Under the pieces are notes generated by a model that was not told the DNA's origin, made no database searches, and saw only the letters and a program-made list of their open reading frames with translations. From Haplodiscus bocki (taxonomy: Eukaryota), in NCBI GenBank assembly GCA_965655095.1, contig OZ296649.1, positions 108,066,001 through 108,130,000 of the forward strand: a stretch of DNA of 64,000 bases, given 5' to 3'. Below are positions 54,601 through 64,000 of the stretch, in pieces. Both the position numbers and the translations under genes were made by a program. Position 1 is the stretch's first letter; every line of letters starts with the position of its first letter.

Positions 54601-55875
54601 TCAGTATTCACATTCCTTTCAACTTGTGGAGTTTTTCGGATTTTGACGCAAGCAACAAAATAAGAAATTGCAAGTCTAATCTCACCCTTTTGTTGTGACT
54701 TTGTTTTCAGATGGACGTTGAATACACAAAAAGACCAGTTAAGTACGGAGAAAAACGTTCGACAATCGACAAAAACCAAACTTTGTGGAGATTTTGGCCT
54801 TTTCGGGCTACCAGGACCTTGCTGTAAGGTATTCGAAAAACGTTTCTCATGAAAAACCCTCTTTACGTGTTGAATAATACTGATTGAGTCTTTGACGGAA
54901 GCGTTGCGGCCTGTTATTACGATGAAGAAAGAGATTGAATGTGGAGAGAAAAGTGTTTTAGAAGAGCTTTTGAGAACATTCTTAAAATCAGTTTTCTGTC
55001 CACAGAATCAAAATGAAAAAATGTCGAAATGATACTTCCTCCATAGATTTAAACTTTTCGATTGAGATCAAAATGGTTGAAGCCAAATTTGCAGTTAGAG
55101 CGCAGGAGGAGATCGAATGCCAAGAAGAATCAAAAGTCACATTCTCCTTTGGCCTTTGGAACTTTTCGGATTTTGATGCAGGAATTAAAATTTTTGATTT
55201 GAGAGACCCATCCATTTCTAATGGTCTAAATTTTTCGATTGGGACCTCGTTAGTGTAAAACAAGCCGGTTGTTACGGAGAAACACGTGAGTAAAAGAAAT
55301 CGATCAAAAACTGTGATAACTTTTGCAATTTTGGACTAACGGAACCTTGCTGGAAAGTATTTAGACAACAGACTTTCTCGGATACGCCCAAACGATTTAA
55401 AAGCTGTTGATTGAATCTTTTGTTGAACGAATTCACGGCTGTATTTACCAAGTATGAAAAGTTTCAAAAAAGATACAAATCAATGTTATGGGGCTTTTTT
55501 GGAAAAATCTCGCTATCAAAACCTCTTTTCAAAAATCCAAAGGAAGAAAAAGTCCATTGAAAACAATCACAGCAGCATGAATATTGCAAATGAGATCATG
55601 CTGTATGAAAATAAACTTGTTTGGTAAAAACAGATCGAACATCAAAATAAGTCAGTACTCACAGTCTGTTTTGACTTTTGAATTTTTATGATTTTGATGC
55701 AGAGAATGAACAAAATGAAATTATTGTCAAATCCCATTCTTTAAATGTTTTTGTTAAAATCTCAAGAAAACAACCAAATAGGTATTTACGGAGAAAAACG
55801 TTCCATCACCAAGTTAAAACAATTTTTGTAGCGTTTGTTTTGTAAATTTGAGCTACTGGGACCTTGGAGGAACGC
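48600..55875 (+). repeat. Mosaic zone of interleaved E-C-D and F-G-H trimers (~1570 bp)
   Basis: D-type ORFs at 49643, 52791 and 54362 alternate with G/H monomers (GAATTCACGGCTGTATTTACCAAG at ~50710 and ~55429; GAGACTTTGAGGGATAG at ~51217 and ~55927). A and B monomers are absent. Confidence 0.88.
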
Positions 55876-58800
55876 ATTTAGACAATTTTTTTCGAACACT
55901 CCAAAACGAGTTGAAGGTTGTTGTTTGAGACTTTGAGGGATAGATTGCAGCCGGTATTTGCGAAGTGAGAACAGTTTGAATCAGGAGACAAATCAAAGTT
56001 AATACTGCTTGTTGGAAAAATCCCATTAACAGCGTTTTGGCTCAAGATTCGAAAAGATGAGAAAAACCAATTGACTCCAACTGGAAAGTTTTAACCTATG
56101 TAATTGAGGCCATGCGGTTTAAAATTAAACTTGTTGTGAAAAAAACGAGATCGAACATCAAGATATTTCAGAATTGACAATCTTTTTAATTTGTGGAAGT
56201 TTTCGGACTTTGGCACAAGCAACAAAATGATAAAATTGCAAGTCCAATCTCACCCGTTTCTTGTGATTTTGTTTTCAGATGGACGCTGCAGAAACAAAAA
56301 AACCAGTTAGTTAAAGAGACTGACGTTCGATGATCGAGATCAGTCAAAATTTTTGGAAATTTTTGCCTTTTCGGGCTACAAGAACATTGGTGTAAAGTAT
56401 GCAGAAAAAGTTCCTCATAAATAACCCTTTTTACGTGTTGAATAGTATTGATTGTGTCTTTGACGGAAGCGTTGCAGCCTGTAATTACGATGAAGAAAGA
56501 GTTTGAATGTGGAGACAAAACTGTTTTAGATGTCTTTCTGAAACCTTCTAAAAATCAGTTTTCTGTCCACAGAAGCAAAATGAAAAAATGTCGAAATGAT
56601 ACTTCCTCCATAGATTTAAACTTTTCGATTGAGATCAAAATGGTTGAAGCCAAGTCTGCAGTTGGAGAGAAGGAGGTGATCGAACGCCAAGAAGAGTCAA
56701 AAATCACATTCTCCTTTGGCCTTTGGAACTTTTTGGATTTTGATGCTGGAAGTAAAAATTTTGATTTGAGAAACCCATCCATTTCTATTGGTCTAATTTG
56801 TTGGATTGGGACCTCGATAGAGTAAAACAAGCCGGTGGTTACGGAGAAACACGTGAGTAAAAGAAATTGATCAAAAATTGTGATAACTTTTGCAATTTTG
56901 GACTAACAGAACCTTGCTGGAAAAGTATTTAGACAACAGACTTTCTCGGATACGCACAAACGATTTAAAAGCTGTTGATTGAGTCTTTTGTTGAACGAAT
57001 TCACGGCTGTATTTACCAAGTAAGAAAAGTTTCAAAAAAGATACAAATCAATGTTATGGGTCTTTTTTGGAAAAATCTCGCTATCAAGACCTCTTTTCAA
57101 AAATCCAAAGGAAGGAAAAATCCATTGAAAACAATCACAGAAGCATGAATATTGCAAGTGAGACCATGCTGTTTGAAAATAAACTTGTTTGGTAAAAACA
57201 GATCGAACATCAAAATAAGTCAGTACTCACAGTCTATTTTGACTCCTGAATTTTTTCTGATTTTGTTGCAGAGAATGAACAAAATGAAAGTTTTGTCCGA
57301 TCCCATTCTATAAATGTTTTTGTTAAAATCTCAAGAAAACAACCAACTAGGTATTTACGGAGAAAAACGTTCCATCACCAAGTTAAAATCAATTTTTGTA
57401 GCGTTTGTTTTGTAAATTCGAACTATTGGGACCTTGGAGGAAGGCATTTAGACAATTTTTTTCGAACACTCCAAAACGAGTTGAAGGTTGTTGTTTGAGA
57501 CTTTGAGGGATAGATTGCAGCCGGTATTTGCGAAGTGAGAACAGTTTGAATCAGGAGACAAATCAAAGTTAATACTGCTTGTTGGAAAAATCCCATTAAC
57601 AGCGTTTTGGCTCAAGATTCGAAAAGATGAGAAAAACCAATTGACTCCAACTGGAAAGTTTTAACCTATGTAATTGAGGCCATGCGGTTTAAAATTAAAC
57701 TTGTTGTGAAAAAAACGAGATCGAACATCAAGATATTTCAGAATTGACAATCTTTTTAATTTGTGGAAGTTTTCGGACTTTGGCACAAGCAACAAAATGA
57801 TAAAATTGCAAGTCCAATCTCACCCGTTTCTTGTGATTTTGTTTTCAGATGGACGCTGCAGAAACAAAAAAACCAGTTAGTTAAAGAGACTGACGTTCGA
57901 TGATCGAGATCAGTCAAAATTTTTGGAAATTTTTGCCTTTTCGGGCTACAAGAACATTGGTGTAAAGTATGCAGAAAAAGTTCCTCATAAATAACCCTTT
58001 TTACGTGTTGAATAGTATTGATTGTGTCTTTGACGGAAGCGTTGCAGCCTGTAATTACGATGAAGAAAGAGTTTGAATGTGGAGACAAAACTGTTTTAGA
58101 TGTCTTTCTGAAACCTTCTAAAAATCAGTTTTCTGTCCACAGAAGCAAAATGAAAAAATGTCGAAATGATACTTCCTCCATAGATTTAAACTTTTCGATT
58201 GAGATCAAAATGGTTGAAGCCAAGTCTGCAGTTGGAGAGAAGGAGGTGATCGAACGCCAAGAAGAGTCAAAAATCACATTCTCCTTTGGCCTTTGGAACT
58301 TTTTGGATTTTGATGCTGGAAGTAAAAATTTTGATTTGAGAAACCCATCCATTTCTATTGGTCTAATTTGTTGGATTGGGACCTCGATAGAGTAAAACAA
58401 GCCGGTGGTTACGGAGAAACACGTGAGTAAAAGAAATTGATCAAAAATTGTGATAACTTTTGCAATTTTGGACTAACAGAACCTTGCTGGAAAAGTATTT
58501 AGACAACAGACTTTCTCGGATACGCACAAACGATTTAAAAGCTGTTGATTGAGTCTTTTGTTGAACGAATTCACGGCTGTATTTACCAAGTAAGAAAAGT
58601 TTCAAAAAAGATACAAATCAATGTTATGGGTCTTTTTTGGAAAAATCTCGCTATCAAGACCTCTTTTCAAAAATCCAAAGGAAGGAAAAATCCATTGAAA
58701 ACAATCACAGAAGCATGAATATTGCAAGTGAGACCATGCTGTTTGAAAATAAACTTGTTTGGTAAAAACAGATCGAACATCAAAATAAGTCAGTACTCAC

Positions 58801-61800
58801 AGTCTATTTTGACTCCTGAATTTTTTCTGATTTTGTTGCAGAGAATGAACAAAATGAAAGTTTTGTCCGATCCCATTCTATAAATGTTTTTGTTAAAATC
58901 TCAAGAAAACAACCAACTAGGTATTTACGGAGAAAAACGTTCCATCACCAAGTTAAAATCAATTTTTGTAGCGTTTGTTTTGTAAATTCGAACTATTGGG
59001 ACCTTGGAGGAAGGCATTTAGACAATTTTTTTCGAACACTCCAAAACGAGTTGAAGGTTGTTGTTTGAGACTTTGAGGGATAGATTGCAGCCGGTATTTG
59101 CGAAGTGAGAACAGTTTGAATCAGGAGACAAATCAAAGTTAATACTGCTTGTTGGAAAAATCCCATTAACAGCGTTTTGGCTCAAGATTCGAAAAGATGA
59201 GAAAAACCAATTGACTCCAACTGGAAAGTTTTAACCTATGTAATTGAGGCCATGCGGTTTAAAATTAAACTTGTTGTGAAAAAAACGAGATCGAACATCA
59301 AGATATTTCAGAATTGACAATCTTTTTAATTTGTGGAAGTTTTCGGACTTTGGCACAAGCAACAAAATGATAAAATTGCAAGTCCAATCTCACCCGTTTC
59401 TTGTGATTTTGTTTTCAGATGGACGCTGCAGAAACAAAAAAACCAGTTAGTTAAAGAGACTGACGTTCGATGATCGAGATCAGTCAAAATTTTTGGAAAT
59501 TTTTGCCTTTTCGGGCTACAAGAACATTGGTGTAAAGTATGCAGAAAAAGTTCCTCATAAATAACCCTTTTTACGTGTTGAATAGTATTGATTGTGTCTT
59601 TGACGGAAGCGTTGCAGCCTGTAATTACGATGAAGAAAGAGTTTGAATGTGGAGACAAAACTGTTTTAGATGTCTTTCTGAAACCTTCTAAAAATCAGTT
59701 TTCTGTCCACAGAAGCAAAATGAAAAAATGTCGAAATGATACTTCCTCCATAGATTTAAACTTTTCGATTGAGATCAAAATGGTTGAAGCCAAGTCTGCA
59801 GTTGGAGAGAAGGAGGTGATCGAACGCCAAGAAGAGTCAAAAATCACATTCTCCTTTGGCCTTTGGAACTTTTTGGATTTTGATGCTGGAAGTAAAAATT
59901 TTGATTTGAGAAACCCATCCATTTCTATTGGTCTAATTTGTTGGATTGGGACCTCGATAGAGTAAAACAAGCCGGTGGTTACGGAGAAACACGTGAGTAA
60001 AAGAAATTGATCAAAAATTGTGATAACTTTTGCAATTTTGGACTAACAGAACCTTGCTGGAAAAGTATTTAGACAACAGACTTTCTCGGATACGCACAAA
60101 CGATTTAAAAGCTGTTGATTGAGTCTTTTGTTGAACGAATTCACGGCTGTATTTACCAAGTAAGAAAAGTTTCAAAAAAGATACAAATCAATGTTATGGG
60201 TCTTTTTTGGAAAAATCTCGCTATCAAGACCTCTTTTCAAAAATCCAAAGGAAGGAAAAATCCATTGAAAACAATCACAGAAGCATGAATATTGCAAGTG
60301 AGACCATGCTGTTTGAAAATAAACTTGTTTGGTAAAAACAGATCGAACATCAAAATAAGTCAGTACTCACAGTCTATTTTGACTCCTGAATTTTTTCTGA
60401 TTTTGTTGCAGAGAATGAACAAAATGAAAGTTTTGTCCGATCCCATTCTATAAATGTTTTTGTTAAAATCTCAAGAAAACAACCAACTAGGTATTTACGG
60501 AGAAAAACGTTCCATCACCAAGTTAAAATCAATTTTTGTAGCGTTTGTTTTGTAAATTCGAACTATTGGGACCTTGGAGGAAGGCATTTAGACAATTTTT
60601 TTCGAACACTCCAAAACGAGTTGAAGGTTGTTGTTTGAGACTTTGAGGGATAGATTGCAGCCGGTATTTGCGAAGTGAGAACAGTTTGAATCAGGAGACA
60701 AATCAAAGTTAATACTGCTTGTTGGAAAAATCCCATTAACAGCGTTTTGGCTCAAGATTCGAAAAGATGAGAAAAACCAATTGACTCCAACTGGAAAGTT
60801 TTAACCTATGTAATTGAGGCCATGCGGTTTAAAATTAAACTTGTTGTGAAAAAAACGAGATCGAACATCAAGATATTTCAGAATTGACAATCTTTTTAAT
60901 TTGTGGAAGTTTTCGGACTTTGGCACAAGCAACAAAATGATAAAATTGCAAGTCCAATCTCACCCGTTTCTTGTGATTTTGTTTTCAGATGGACGCTGCA
61001 GAAACAAAAAAACCAGTTAGTTAAAGAGACTGACGTTCGATGATCGAGATCAGTCAAAATTTTTGGAAATTTTTGCCTTTTCGGGCTACAAGAACATTGG
61101 TGTAAAGTATGCAGAAAAAGTTCCTCATAAATAACCCTTTTTACGTGTTGAATAGTATTGATTGTGTCTTTGACGGAAGCGTTGCAGCCTGTAATTACGA
61201 TGAAGAAAGAGTTTGAATGTGGAGACAAAACTGTTTTAGATGTCTTTCTGAAACCTTCTAAAAATCAGTTTTCTGTCCACAGAAGCAAAATGAAAAAATG
61301 TCGAAATGGTACTTCCTCCATAGATTTAAACTTTTCGATTGAGATCAAAATGGTTGAAGCCAAGTCTGCAGTTGGAGAGAAGGAGGTGATCGAACGCCAA
61401 GAAGAGTCAAAAATCACATTCTCCTTTGGCCTTTGGAACTTTTTGGATTTTGATGCTGGAAGTAAAAATTTTGATTTGAGAAACCCATCCATTTCTATTG
61501 GTCTAATTTGTTGGATTGGGACCTCGATAGAGTAAAACAAGCCGGTGGTTACGGAGAAACACGTGAGTAAAAGAAATTGATCAAAAATTGTGATAACTTT
61601 TGCAATTTTGGACTAACAGAACCTTGCTGGAAAAGTATTTAGACAACAGACTTTCTCGGATACGCACAAACGATTTAAAAGCTGTTGATTGAGTCTTTTG
61701 TTGAACGAATTCACGGCTGTATTTACCAAGTAAGAAAAGTTTCAAAAAAGATACAAATCAATGTTATGGGTCTTTTTTGGAAAAATCTCGCTATCAAGAC

Positions 61801-64000
61801 CTCTTTTCAAAAATCCAAAGGAAGGAAAAATCCATTGAAAACAATCACAGAAGCATGAATATTGCAAGTGAGACCATGCTGTTTGAAAATAAACTTGTTT
61901 GGTAAAAACAGATCGAACATCAAAATAAGTCAGTACTCACAGTCTATTTTGACTCCTGAATTTTTTCTGATTTTGTTGCAGAGAATGAACAAAATGAAAG
62001 TTTTGTCCGATCCCATTCTATAAATGTTTTTGTTAAAATCTCAAGAAAACAACCAACTAGGTATTTACGGAGAAAAACGTTCCATCACCAAGTTAAAATC
62101 AATTTTTGTAGCGTTTGTTTTGTAAATTCGAACTATTGGGACCTTGGAGGAAGGCATTTAGACAATTTTTTTCGAACACTCCAAAACGAGTTGAAGGTTG
62201 TTGTTTGAGACTTTGAGGGATAGATTGCAGCCGGTATTTGCGAAGTGAGAACAGTTTGAATCAGGAGACAAATCAAAGTTAATACTGCTTGTTGGAAAAA
62301 TCCCATTAACAGCGTTTTGGCTCAAGATTCGAAAAGATGAGAAAAACCAATTGACTCCAACTGGAAAGTTTTAACCTATGTAATTGAGGCCATGCGGTTT
62401 AAAATTAAACTTGTTGTGAAAAAAACGAGATCGAACATCAAGATATTTCAGAATTGACAATCTTTTTAATTTGTGGAAGTTTTCGGACTTTGGCACAAGC
62501 AACAAAATGATAAAATTGCAAGTCCAATCTCACCCGTTTCTTGTGATTTTGTTTTCAGATGGACGCTGCAGAAACATAAAAACCAGTTAGTTAAAGAGAC
62601 TGACGTTCGATGATCGAGATCAGTCAAAATTTTTGGAAATTTTTGCCTTTTCGGGCTACAAGAACATTGGTGTAAAGTATGCAGAAAAAGTTCCTCATAA
62701 ATAACCCTTTTTACGTGTTGAATAGTATTGATTGTGTCTTTGACGGAAGCGTTGCAGCCTGTAATTACGATGAAGAAAGAGTTTGAATGTGGAGACAAAA
62801 CTGTTTTAGATGTCTTTCTGAAACCTTCTAAAAATCAGTTTTCTGTCCACAGAAGCAAAATGAAAAAATGTCGAAATGATACTTCCTCCATAGATTTAAA
62901 CTTTTCGATTGAGATCAAAATGGTTGAAGCCAAGTCTGCAGTTGGAGAGAAGGAGGTGATCGAACGCCAAGAAGAGTCAAAAATCACATTCTCCTTTGGC
63001 CTTTGGAACTTTTTGGATTTTGATGCTGGAAGTAAAAATTTTGATTTGAGAAACCCATCCATTTCTATTGGTCTAATTTGTTGGATTGGGACCTCGATAG
63101 AGTAAAACAAGCCGGTGGTTACGGAGAAACACGTGAGTAAAAGAAATTGATCAAAAATTGTGATAACTTTTGCAATTTTGGACTAACAGAACCTTGCTGG
63201 AAAAGTATTTAGACAACAGACTTTCTCGGATACGCACAAACGATTTAAAAGCTGTTGATTGAGTCTTTTGTTGAACGAATTCACGGCTGTATTTACCAAG
63301 TAAGAAAAGTTTCAAAAAAGATACAAATCAATGTTATGGGTCTTTTTTGGAAAAATCTCGCTATCAAGACCTCTTTTCAAAAATCCAAAGGAAGGAAAAA
63401 TCCATTGAAAACAATCACAGAAGCATGAATATTGCAAGTGAGACCATGCTGTTTGAAAATAAACTTGTTTGGTAAAAACAGATCGAACATCAAAATAAGT
63501 CAGTACTCACAGTCTATTTTGACTCCTGAATTTTTTCTGATTTTGTTGCAGAGAATGAACAAAATGAAAGTTTTGTCCGATCCCATTCTATAAATGTTTT
63601 TGTTAAAATCTCAAGAAAACAACCAACTAGGTATTTACGGAGAAAAACGTTCCATCACCAAGTTAAAATCAATTTTTGTAGCGTTTGTTTTGTAAATTCG
63701 AACTATTGGGACCTTGGAGGAAGGCATTTAGACAATTTTTTTCGAACACTCCAAAACGAGTTGAAGGTTGTTGTTTGAGATTTTGAGGGATAGATTGCAG
63801 CCGGTATTTGCGAAGTGAGAACAGTTTGAATCAGGAGACAAATCAAAGTTAATACTGCTTGTTGGAAAAATCCCATTAACAGCGTTTTGGCTCAAGATTC
63901 GAAAAGATGAGAAAAACCAATTGACTCCAACTGGAAAGTTTTAACCTATGTAATTGAGGCCATGCGGTTTAAAATTAAACTTGTTGTGAAAAAAACGAGA
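55875..64000 (+). repeat. Near-perfect 3-monomer HOR, exact 1570 bp period, more than 5 copies, running off the window
   Basis: ORFs at 56186, 57756, 59326, 60896 and 62466 step by exactly 1570. The only differences seen by eye are at 61309 (A>G), 62577 (A>T) and 63781 (C>T). Confidence 0.98.

Larger units (their letters stand above)
1..64000 (+). repeat. Tandem satellite array, ~525 bp monomer (3 x ~175 bp subunits), continuing off both ends of the window
   Basis: The anchor motif GATTGAGACYTTGATGGAA recurs about every 520-535 bp (e.g. ~672, 1190, 1730, 2257, 2779, 3307, 3832, ... 56450, 56977, 57493). Other motifs (GAGATCGAACA, TTCTGGAACTTTTCGGATTTTGATGC, GGACCTTGCTGGAA) recur at the same period. 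No unique sequence is visible. Confidence 0.98.

Noticed and set aside
56448-63105. Identical 125 aa ORF repeated five times, possible tandem gene array
   Set aside because: The identity simply reflects the recent 1570 bp amplification. Older E-type monomers shift frame in the middle of this ORF.
2744-63110. Many 60-163 aa ORFs with recurring peptides (e.g. EIEHQDESK..FWNFSDFDAG, SPYSNSFFFV)
   Set aside because: They are translations of the satellite on both strands and in several frames. Stops and frameshifts differ among copies, many begin at TTG/GTG, and I recognise no protein domain. A profile search of the consensus translation would be the decisive test.
1-64000. CRISPR-like or cassette array (conserved motifs separated by variable sequence)
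   Set aside because: The intervening sequences are homologous to each other rather than unique spacers. There is no invariant short repeat and no cas, integrase or recombinase gene.
1-64000. rDNA, 5S, tRNA, snRNA, histone or telomeric repeat cluster
   Set aside because: No recognisable conserved RNA gene, histone ORF or short telomeric motif occurs in the unit.
1-64000. CENP-B box or assignment to a known satellite family or species
   Set aside because: I saw no convincing TTCG....A..CGGG box conserved across monomers. The similarity to alpha satellite and CEN178 is in length and organisation only, and taxonomy cannot be determined without a search.

Overview
The whole 64 kb window is one AT-rich, non-coding tandem satellite array, most likely eukaryotic; the organism cannot be identified from the sequence. 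I found no credible gene, RNA gene, CRISPR array or transposon. The obvious monomer is about 525 bp (roughly 120 copies), but it is itself a trimer of an older ~175 bp unit (core GATTGrGACC..(A/C)AGCCTGTAGTTACGGAGAA..GwTyGAA..GAyAArTCA). Monomers are grouped into higher-order repeat (HOR) domains. From left to right: a diverged ~1.58 kb 3-mer (1-4.7 kb); a homogeneous 1593 bp 3-mer (4.7-10.5 kb); old diverged monomers (10.5-17 kb); a ~4755 bp HOR carrying an inverted satellite block (17-32.85 kb, three copies, the first rearranged); a ~2625 bp 5-mer (34.3-48.6 kb); a mosaic transition zone (48.6-55.9 kb); and an almost perfect 1570 bp 3-mer (55.9 kb to the end, three substitutions seen by eye). 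A nucleosome-sized unit, nested HORs and age-layered domains resemble centromeric or pericentromeric satellite, but that function is an inference. All periods and boundaries were read by eye or from ORF-track offsets and are approximate.
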